Below are positions 55,888-64,000 of a DNA stretch of 64,000 nucleotides, piece by piece. Origin of the DNA: an uncultured cyanobacterium (GTDB taxonomy: Bacteria; Cyanobacteriota; Cyanobacteriia; Cyanobacteriales; CAWCAG01); assembly GCA_963793425.1 (NCBI GenBank), contig CAWCAG010000001.1:64001-128000 (forward strand), in the 5' to 3' direction. Positions within the stretch are counted from its first letter, which is position 1; each line of letters starts with the position of its first letter. Under the pieces are notes generated by a model. That model saw only the letters and a list, made by a program, of their open reading frames with translations, had not been told where the DNA came from and ran no database searches. The translations under genes and the position numbers were made by a program.

Positions 55888-56049
55888 ATCTAGATTAGTT
55901 CTCCTTTATTTAATAGGTTAATTATTGTCATACCAGATTGGTGGGTGAAAGTTTATCAAGATTTAGTGAAGAAAGAAATAATTATTCAATTAATTATATT
56001 TCGTAGCCAAGTCTCAAGAATTACGCAAATCCGCCAAAATCTTTCTAGT

Positions 56050-56106
56050 ATTACTTATCACTTATCACTTATTACTTATTACTTATCACTTATTACTTAT
56101 TACTTA
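56050..56106. repeat. Heptamer STRR array (TYACTTA)n immediately downstream of the CHAT gene
   Basis: About eight tandem 7-mers. Confidence 0.8.
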
Positions 56107-56108
56107 AC

Positions 56109-59100
56109 CTACCATTCTCCTTGCACAGTAAAAGCAGCCCAGTGATAAGGGTCTTTTTCCGCACTATCACTTCGCCACATTTCTAATTGTGCCGCCCTCA
56201 ATGCTGCTGCTGGTTGAAGATTGTCTTGGTACATTTTTTCATAAAACTTACTCATCAACTTAGAAGTAGAAAGATCCTGCACTGCCCAAAAACTTACTAC
56301 CACCCGCTTTGCCCCGGCATACATAAAGCCCCTAGTTAAACTAACTAATCCTTCCCCTGCTAACTCTTGCCCTAAACCTGTTTCACAAGCGCTTAATACT
56401 ACTAATTCTGCTGGCAAGTTGAGGTTATAAATATTATTTAAACGGAGTAAAGGATCTTGAAATTCTCCTTCGGAGTTGTAAGCTGATAGGGCTAAACCAG
56501 AAAGTTGTGGCTTATCTTTATTAATGCAACCGTGGGTAGAAAAGTGTACGGTCTGGTAGTTGGCAAGTTGAGGACTAGTTGCCGTAGCTAGGGAAGCTTC
56601 ATGACCTAACGCTGCAAAGCTTTGGCTTTCTGGGACAAGGGCAAGAATATTTTCTGCTTCTGTGCGGGTGAATTGTAGTTGGGCTAGGGATAAGCAGGAT
56701 TCTAAAGCTTGTCTAGTTGAATCTTCTCTAGGATTTTCATAATCTCTTTCTTCTCCTGATTCATAAACCGGGTCGGCAAGGACAGCAAGTTTTTTAGGGG
56801 CAAGAGGACGACCTTTGACTTGTTTTCTCAATGCAGCAAGGCTAGAAGCGGAAGGGAGAGTAATGATTTCGTGGTTGGCTAACAGAGGTTGGGAGTTAGC
56901 GGTGGGTAGGGCAGCAAAGGGGATACTTTGTAAGATTCCGTCTCCGACGATTAAGAGACGTTTGTTTTCTAATTCTTTAGCAGCAGGGGCGAGGAGGATT
57001 TGCTGAGTTGTTGGGCAGCTTCTGGATCTTTAATATTAACGTCGGCTATGTCGTCGCGGAATTTTTGGGCTAATTTTTCTATTTCTGCTTGGGGAGGGAG
57101 TTCATAACTAGTAACTTTGTTTTTACTAACTACCCAAAGATAGCTTTGTTTTTCGCTGAGGTAATATTCTAAGAGGATGGTGTCATCATCTAGGAGTTGT
57201 TGAATTTCTTCTGTTTGTAGGGTGAATTTAGTAGGTTGGTTGATGGCAGCGTAGTTAGGGCTTTTGAGGCGGATGGTGGCTTCTACTTGGTCAAGTTTAG
57301 TTAAGAGTTCGTTGATTTGGTCGTTGACGACTTCTTTTTCTGCGTCGCTAGCACTAACACTCCTTTGCAGTTTGCCTTGATTTTCTAGGGCGGCAGTAAG
57401 TTGTTTGTTGAGTTGTTTTTCTTGTGCTAAAAGTTCTGCATCTATACCTTGACGAATGTCTACGTTGGCTTCTTGGAGTTCGGTGAGAAGTTGGCGGGCG
57501 CGGACTCTTTCGCTGTAGTGGAGGGCTTGGGCGTTGTATTGTTGTGTGGGGTTTTGTTGGTGCAACTCCATTAGTAATCTGATGTGGAAGTCGTAGTATT
57601 GTTCGATGGTTTGGTAGAAGGAGGTTTGTAGTTGGGGGTTGAAGATTTGGTTGCGGAGAAATTCTATTTTTTCGATGGCTTGTTCCATTGTTTGAGATGC
57701 AGCAATGAGATTGTTTTGTTGGTATTGGATTTGAGCAATGTTCCAGAGGGTAGTTGCTTCTCCAGCCCTGTCTCCCACCATATTGTGAAGCAGTAAAGCC
57801 TGATTCAAGTAATTCAGTGCTTCTTCCTTGTCTCCTAACGAGTTGTATACAGCACCAAGATTAGCGAGGGTATTTGCTTCCCCTCTGCGATCGCCCACTG
57901 CACGTCTCAACGGTAAAACCTGCTTAAATAGCTTTAAAGCCTCTTCTTCTTCTCCTAAATTTAAGTAAACAGCACCAAGATTGTTTAGGGTAATTGCTTC
58001 CCCATGCAAATCTACTATCTTACGAAATAAAGACAAAGCCTGATTATAAGACTCTAAAGCTTGCTCATTTTCTCCTGAATCTAAATGGATACGACCAATA
58101 TTATTCAGAATAGTTGCTTCTGTTTCGTGAGCTTCTGCTGCACGAGATATAGGCAAGGCTTGATTATAAAACTCTAAAGCTTTTTCTTTCGCTCCTAAGT
58201 CTACATAGACGCGGCCAATACTGTTGAGAATGCTTGCTTCTCCACCCTTATCTTTTACTGAACAAGATAGAGGTAAGGCTTGATTGTAGAAATCTAGAGC
58301 TTTTTCCTCTTCTCCTATGTCCGAGTAAACGCGACCAATATTATTGAGGATAGCTGCTTCTGCTCCCTTATCTTTTGCTGCACGAGACAGAGGTAAAGCC
58401 AAATTATAAAACTCTAAAGCCTTTTCCTTTTCTCCTATACGTGAGTAGACAAGGCCAATATTACTGAGAACAGTTGCTTCTTCACTTCTGTCTTCGAGCA
58501 TACGATAAAGAAGCAAAGCCTGATTATAAGACTCTAGAGCCTTTTCCTTTTCTCCTATATCTGAGTAAATATGGCCAATGTCACTGAGGGTAGCCGCTTC
58601 CCTTCTATGGTTTCTCAGTTCACGATAAAGAAGCAAAGCCTGATTAAGATACTCTAAAGCTTTATCCTTCTCTCCCTCTTCCATATTTAAGTAGACACTA
58701 GCAAGATTGCTGAGGGTATTTGCTTCCCCTTGACGGTCTTTTACTTCACGCCTTATTGGTAAAGCTTGGTTCAGATACTCTAAGGCTTTTTCTTTCTTTC
58801 CCATATTTAAGTAGACATGGCCAATGTTGTTGAGGGTAACTGCTTCTTCACGACGGTTTTGCACTACCCGATGTAGAGGTAAGGCTTGATTAAAGTATTC
58901 CAAAGCCTTTTCATCTTCTCCTAAAGCTGAGTAAATACCACCAATATTATTGAGACTACCTGCTATCCCCCCTTGGCTGCTTATCGAACGAAATAGAGAC
59001 AAAGCCCGATTATAGAACTCTAAAGCCTGTTTCTTTTCTCCTAAAATTGAGTGCAGACGACCGATATTAGTGAGGGTAGTTGCTTCCTTAAGCTGATCTC

Positions 59101-59350
59101 CTAATTTTTGCCAAAGTTTAAAGGACTCCTCAAATTTAGCGATCGCCTCCCGTAAAGACTCTGCTGTCCCCTCCTGATAAAGCCGCAAACCTTCCTGATA
59201 AGCTTCCTCGGCAGCAGCGCGAACATCTTCCGCATTTGCATCACTTTCCTGTGCAACCTCTATCGAATCTGTATTCCCTACAGCAACATTAACTGGAGTA
59301 ACAAAAGAAACCAAAAAAGCAAGGGAAATAGTAGAGAGTTTTTTATTCAT
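56109..59350 (-). CDS. Signal peptide + about 12 TPR + CHAT protease (about 1080 aa), split by one frameshift near 57000
   Basis: 40-aa EAxxLxNIG repeats and YSERVRAR. Restoring one A at about 57000 joins LLIVGDGILQSIPFAAL to HFSTHG (His) and LSACETG (Cys), ending YHWAAF. Confidence 0.88.
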
Positions 59351-59538
59351 GGTTTGGGAGGACTGCGGTAGAAAAAATTCTTGTGTATTGATACTGAAAT
59401 GTTTCTACGTTAACCTACCAATTCCCTCAAAAACTATTCAGTTACAAAAACTGTAACCTCGCCAATTGTTAAAAATATAACCTGAAAGCCACGGTTCGCA
59501 CCAGAATCATCGTAGCGATTGTCTTGACCATTCCAACC

Positions 59539-59681
59539 GTAGGGGCGACCCGTTGAGATCTACTCTGCTACTCATAAATAAATAACCTGGGGTCGCCTGC
59601 CTAACCAATAATACCCAGCAAGGGCGACCCCAAAATGTTGATTGGTAGGTGGCGAAAACAAGGGAAACGGGTCGCCCCTAC
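59539..59681. repeat. REPIN/MITE-like 143-bp element with perfect 16-bp terminal inverted repeats GTAGGGGCGACCCGTT
   Basis: Terminal arms are exact reverse complements, and there are internal GGGTCGCC / GGCGACCC copies. Confidence 0.75.
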
Positions 59682-59706
59682 ATATTTTTATGGTTGGATA
59701 TATTTA

Positions 59707-59735
59707 GCGATACCTGCGGTGGGCTTTGCCTACGC
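59707..59735. repeat. HIP1 site carrying a 21-nt insert (SDR5-like)
   Basis: GCGAT[ACCTGCGGTGGGCTTTGCCTA]CGC; the exact reverse complement lies at 60639-60667. Confidence 0.75.
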
Positions 59736-59791
59736 GCTAGGTATATCATCGGAAGCGATATCGCTAAACAAACAGAAGTATCTAAAATAAT

Positions 59792-59843
59792 ACTCATACT
59801 TTCTGTCTTTGTTGCTTATAATTATAATCTTTGTCATAGTCTA
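59792..59843. repeat. 52-bp direct repeat, left copy
   Basis: 48/52 identical to 60481-60532. Confidence 0.8.
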
Positions 59844-59866
59844 AACAAAATTAAAAATCACAACTA

Positions 59867-60049
59867 ATGTCCGAAAATGAAGCGCCGGAAAATCGACATT
59901 CGGTAACAGATAAAAAATATTGCTATAAAATGTCTCGTAAGTATCAATGGACGCTTTTGAGGGTTGAGTCTAATGGTAGTCGCGACCTACCCTATGCTTG
60001 CATATTTAAAGGTAAGCAAACTAGCTTTGAGGATAAAACCTATGACTAA
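59867..60049 (+). CDS. Small hypothetical protein (60 aa), translationally coupled to the next gene
   Basis: Its stop overlaps the next start (ATGACTAA at 60042-60049). Confidence 0.65.
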   Translation: MSENEAPENRHSVTDKKYCYKMSRKYQWTLLRVESNGSRDLPYACIFKGKQTSFEDKTYD

Positions 60050-60437
60050 AACCGATAGCATAAATAATTCTCAAAAGGGAGTAAGGATAGTTTTTCAAGT
60101 TGACTTAGAAGATCCAAACTGGGGAGATTGGGTAGATCCGATGGGCGGTTTAACCAGGATTCTGACGGAGCATTGGAATGCTGAAGACATCCCTCCTCTT
60201 GGCTACCGATTTCGTCAATATACTAAGCTGGAAAAAGAGGCTGATTCTAATTTCCTCAATGCTTCGACTCATAGTAGAGTAGGAGATTGGGTTGTTAGCG
60301 GGGTAGAGCGTTATGTAGCGAAAGCTAACAACTGCGAATTTAGAGAAATAGCAATCTGTACCTGTAGGTTTGAACCTGTTGAACCTCAATGGCAGAAGAT
60401 GAATCCTTCTCAAACTACCCTTACCCATTTTTCTTAA
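60042..60437 (+). CDS. Hypothetical protein (131 aa)
   Basis: ATG at 60042 overlaps the upstream ORF end. Contains ILTEHW...PPLGYR...STHSRVGDWVV...IAICTC. Confidence 0.7.
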   Translation: MTKTDSINNSQKGVRIVFQVDLEDPNWGDWVDPMGGLTRILTEHWNAEDIPPLGYRFRQYTKLEKEADSNFLNASTHSRVGDWVVSGVERYVAKANNCEFREIAICTCRFEPVEPQWQKMNPSQTTLTHFS

Positions 60438-60480
60438 AAAGCCCAGCTTTCAAACTCTAGTAATTAAATCTTGCAGCAAC

Positions 60481-60532
60481 ACTCATACTTTCTGTCTCTG
60501 TTGCTTATAATCATAATCTTCGTCATAATCTA
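60481..60532. repeat. 52-bp direct repeat, right copy
   Basis: Matches 59792-59843. Confidence 0.8.
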
Positions 60533-60638
60533 TAGTTCCAAATAAATCTAGAACTTTCAACCTCTTCCGTCTTTGAATATATTTCCGTCAAGCTTCTTCT
60601 ACTATAGATCCTGGAGACAGCAAAATAATTGCAGAAAT

Positions 60639-60667
60639 GCGTAGGCAAAGCCCACCGCAGGTATCGC
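60639..60667. repeat. HIP1 site carrying a 21-nt insert, opposite orientation
   Basis: GCG[TAGGCAAAGCCCACCGCAGGT]ATCGC. Confidence 0.75.
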
Positions 60668-60751
60668 ACTCGGTGTATCAATCGTCAATAGTGTCACTGT
60701 CTATCTCAACTATCTCTAAACTATTGCTAAGGTAAGGGAAAATCTTAGTAA

Positions 60752-61288
60752 ATGGAATTAAGCAAAAATATATTGGTAATCGAATCTTTACTATCACCAG
60801 AAGAGTGTAGTCAGCTTATCAAAAAGTCAGAACAAATAGGCTATTGTAAAGCTGATATTCAAGTTCATAATGGTAGGCAACACTTACCTAAAATTAGGAA
60901 TAACGAGAGAGTAAATTTACACTCAGAGCAGTTAGCCCATGAATTATGGGATAAAATAGCTTTCTACTCTTTGCCTATCTATGAAGGTAGATACGCTATT
61001 GGATTATCTCCATACTTTCGTTTTTATAAATACATCGAAGGCCAAAAATTTAAAATACACCAGGATGGTCGGCAAAATGTAGAGGGAAATGAAACTTTGT
61101 TTACCCTTTTAGTGTTTCTTAGCGAGGGATTCAAAGGCGGTGAAACGAAGTTTAGGCAAGAGCGAATTTCTGTTAAACCAAAAACTGGTAAAGCACTAAT
61201 CTTTGAGCATCGGCTGTGGCATAAAGGGTGTGTACTTGAAAGTGGTATCAAGTATGTAATACGTACAGATATTGCCTACAGCAGCTAA
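60752..61288 (+). CDS. 2OG-Fe(II) oxygenase (prolyl 4-hydroxylase-like)
   Basis: LLSPEEC, RFYKY...FKIHQDG (HxD), GGET, WHKG and KYVIRTD. Confidence 0.88.
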   Translation: MELSKNILVIESLLSPEECSQLIKKSEQIGYCKADIQVHNGRQHLPKIRNNERVNLHSEQLAHELWDKIAFYSLPIYEGRYAIGLSPYFRFYKYIEGQKFKIHQDGRQNVEGNETLFTLLVFLSEGFKGGETKFRQERISVKPKTGKALIFEHRLWHKGCVLESGIKYVIRTDIAYSS

Positions 61289-61298
61289 CAAATTCATT

Positions 61299-61649
61299 TT
61301 AGCTTTTAGAGAATTTATCAATACCAAATCCCGTATACTCTCGAACATAGGGAGGCTTAAGCCCAAAAACAATATCTTCTTTAGGAACTCCCATTTGTAC
61401 TAACTCTTCAGCAATGCTTTGGTCTGTTTGATTACGCTGAATCCAGATTTGCCCATTTTTAATATCTAAATGTAGGAAACAGTTATAAACACGACAGTCT
61501 TGATCCCAACCTAAATCAACAACAACATAGCGATCGCGTTTCTGATCAAAAATAACCTCTACCTCTATATCACCGTTGACAGGGGGATTTTGACCATGTT
61601 CTAATAGCAACTTTTCAATACACTGACGATAATGCTCTAGCTTACCCAT
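61299..61649 (-). CDS. xisI: XisI protein
   Basis: HLDIKNGQIWIQRNQTD...IAEELVQMGVPKEDIVFG..PP. Confidence 0.9.
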   Translation of the reverse strand: MGKLEHYRQCIEKLLLEHGQNPPVNGDIEVEVIFDQKRDRYVVVDLGWDQDCRVYNCFLHLDIKNGQIWIQRNQTDQSIAEELVQMGVPKEDIVFGLKPPYVREYTGFGIDKFSKS

Positions 61650-62056
61650 CTCACAATTTCCTCCTTAACTGGATCATAAACAATTACTTTGATGTTGTAA
61701 TATTTAACAGATGCAGATGGCAATTCTTTCTGGAAAAATGATTGATAGGCATAGCTTGGAACAGCTAAATATAAAACACGTTCTGGCTCTATTTTCTCTA
61801 AAACTAATCTATAATTTAAAAATTGCCCCAAGGCAGTGTGAAAATCAGCTAGTGCTGAATCATTTAGAAAACTCTTAACTTCCACTGCAATTTTCTGACC
61901 TTCTTTTTCTGCTCCCAGAATTTTCTCAGCACCCAGATCAATCTCAACCCTCTCCTCTTGTGCATATTCAAGCCTCAAGGGATCGTGAGTGATTACCCAT
62001 TGATCTTTTTCAAGACCTTGCTTAACTGCATTATGAAATTTATCTTTTGCTGCCAC
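61637..62056 (-). CDS. xisH: XisH (PD-(D/E)XK fold) protein; GTG start at 62056
   Basis: AKDKFHNAVK...W.ITHDP...IDLGAE...IAVEVKSF...ALGQFLNY; overlaps xisI. Confidence 0.9.
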   Translation of the reverse strand: MAAKDKFHNAVKQGLEKDQWVITHDPLRLEYAQEERVEIDLGAEKILGAEKEGQKIAVEVKSFLNDSALADFHTALGQFLNYRLVLEKIEPERVLYLAVPSYAYQSFFQKELPSASVKYYNIKVIVYDPVKEEIVRWVS

Positions 62057-62166
62057 AAACCAATACTCCAAACCTAGTTTGATAATACTAGGCTATTACT
62101 GCTCAAAAAACTTGATTTTGGTTCTGAAACAATCTTTAGAAATAAACTTATTACTTATTACTTAAC

Positions 62167-64000
62167 CTACCACTCCCCTTGCACAGTAAAAGCCGCCCAA
62201 TGATAGGGGTCATTTTCATTTCCTTCACTTCGCCACATTTCTAATTGTGCCTCTCTTAAAGCCGCAGCAGGTTTAAGGTTATCTTGATACATTTTTTCAT
62301 AAAACTTGCTCATTAATTTAGAAGTAGAAAAGTCTTGCACCGCCCAAAAACTGACTACCACTCGCTTTGCCCCCGCATACATAAATCCTCTGGTTAAACT
62401 TACTAATCCTTCTCCGGCTAACTCTTGTCCTAAACCTGTTTCACAAGCGCTTAATACTACTAATTCTGCTGGTAAGTTGAGGTTATAAATATTATTTAAA
62501 CGGAGTAAAGGATCTTGAAATTCTCCTTCGGAGTTGTAAGCTGATAGGGCTAAACCAGAAAGTTGTGGCTTATCTTTATTAATGCAACCGTGGGTAGAAA
62601 AGTGTACGGTCTGGTAGTTGGCAAGTTGAGGACTAGTGGCCGTAGCTAGGGAAGCTTCATGACCTAACGCTGCAAAGCTTTGGTTTTCTGGGACAAGGGC
62701 AAGAATATTTTCTGCTTCTGTGCGGGTGAATTGTAGTTGGGCTAGGGATAAGCAGGATTCTAAAGCTTGTCTGGTTGAATTTTCTCTAGGATTTTCATAA
62801 TCTCTTTCTTCTCCTGATTCATAAACTGGGTCGGCAAGGACAGCAAGTTTTTTAGGGGCAAGAGGACGACCTTTGACTTGTTTTCTCAATGCAGCAAGGC
62901 TAGAAGCGGAAGGGAGAGTAATGATTTCGTGGTTGGCTAACAGAGGTTGGGGTTAGCGGTGGGTAGGGCAGCGAAGGGGATACTTTGTAAGATTCCGTCT
63001 CCGACAATTAAGAGACGTTTGTTTCTTAATTCCTTAGCAGCAGGGGCAAGGAGGATGTTGCTGAGTTGTTGGGCAGATTTCTGGATTGTTAATATTAACT
63101 TGGCTATATCGTTGCGGAATTTTTGGGCTAGTTTTTCTATTTCTGCTTGGGGAGGAAGTTCATAACTAGTAACTTTGTTTTTACTAACTACCCAAAGATA
63201 GCTTTGTTTTTCGCTGAGGTAATATTCTAAGAGGATAGTGTCATCGTCTAGAAGTTGTTGAATTTCTGCGGTTTGTAGTGTGAACTTAGTAGGTTGGTTG
63301 ATGGCAGCGTAGTTAGGGCTTTTGAGGCGGATGGTGGCTTCTACTTGGTCAAGTTTAGTTAAGAGTTGGTTGATTTGGTTGTTGGCAGCTTCTTTTTCTG
63401 GAGTGCTAGCATTATCACTCCTTTGCAGTTTGCCTTGGTTTTCAAAAGCGGCAGTAAGTTGTTGGTTGAGTTGTTTTTCTTGTGCTAAAAGTTCTGCATC
63501 TACACCTTGGCGAATGTCTACGTTAGCTTCTTGGAGTTCAGTGAGGAGTTGGCGGGCGCGGACTCTTTCGCTGTAATGGAGTGCTTGGGCGTTGTATTGT
63601 TGAGTAGGTTTTTGTTGGTGCAACTCCATTAGTACCCTGATTTGGAAGTCGTAGTATTGTTCAATGGTTTGGTAGAAGGAGGTTTGTAGTTGAGGGTTGA
63701 AAATTTGGTTGCGGAGGAATTCTATTTTTTCGATGGCTTGTTCCATTGTTTGGGAGGCAGCAATGAGATTGCCTTGTCGGTATTGGAGTTGAGCAATGTT
63801 CCAGAGGGTACTTGCTTCTCCTCTTCTATCTGCCTACTGCACGACGTAGAGGGTAAAGCTTGGTTGTAGTAATTGAGCGCTTTTCCTTTTCTCCTAATGA
63901 GTCGTAGACAAGAGCCAATATTGTTGAGGGTAGTTGCTTCCCCTCCTCTATCTCCTACTGCACGACGTAGAGATAATGCCTGGTTATAGTAGTTTAGTGC
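62167..64000 (-). CDS. Second TPR-CHAT protease paralog, 5' end outside the window, with multiple indels (pseudogene or read errors)
   Basis: CHAT domain is near-identical to 56109-57000. Indels at about 62950, 63085-63100 (compensating) and several at 63830-63915. Confidence 0.82.

Noticed and set aside
59649..59867. 72-aa ORF upstream of the two-gene module
   Set aside because: It is built across the REPIN end, the HIP1 insert and the direct repeat, so it is likely spurious.
59539..60667. CRISPR array or autonomous IS/transposon
   Set aside because: There is no regular repeat-spacer periodicity and no cas or transposase ORF. The 29-bp inverted repeats are better explained as HIP1 inserts.
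56109..62430. Diversity-generating retroelement (VR/TR pair) in the diverged 3' ends of the CHAT copies
   Set aside because: The differences are mostly synonymous third-position changes of all types rather than adenine-specific, both copies are coding, and there is no reverse transcriptase in the window.
53811..64000. Genomic island integrated at tRNA-Leu(UAA)
   Set aside because: The tRNA 3' end faces pfkA, not the accessory region. No duplicated tRNA 3' fragment or integrase is seen in the window.

Overview
Cyanobacterial chromosome segment. The evidence is split rpoC1/rpoC2, psaE/psbQ/psbY/psb27/ndhO, about 25 HIP1 octamers (GCGATCGC) and heptamer STRR repeats. Most of the window is housekeeping: yqeG-mltG-DUF3727, tsaB, ptrB, hisD, rpsT-tatD-rpoB-rpoC1-rpoC2, hisC, hisS, psaE-mutM-ndhO-mdh, psbY/psbQ, psb27, pfkA and two tRNA-Leu genes. 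Two accessory regions stand out. (1) 4.9-12 kb: an HTH-TIR-AAA_35 gene followed by an AAA_35 gene carrying four CyaB/PDE-type GAF domains and no output domain, divergent from a PDE-like HD hydrolase. This is a candidate nucleotide-signalling, NLR-like system. (2) 54-64 kb: a metacaspase with a Tat-like leader, downstream of tandem TPR-CHAT protease paralogs that show signs of gene conversion. Between the paralogs is a cassette with a REPIN-like element, two 21-nt HIP1 inserts, a two-gene module flanked by direct repeats, a 2OG-Fe(II) oxygenase and xisHI. Also seen: orphan dndE and TerB_C genes, an internally deleted Uma2 pseudogene, an extended PsaE, and a candidate plus-strand sRNA next to tRNA-Leu(UAG). 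Several homopolymer frameshifts suggest long-read sequencing errors. All family calls come from motif recognition by eye; no searches were run.
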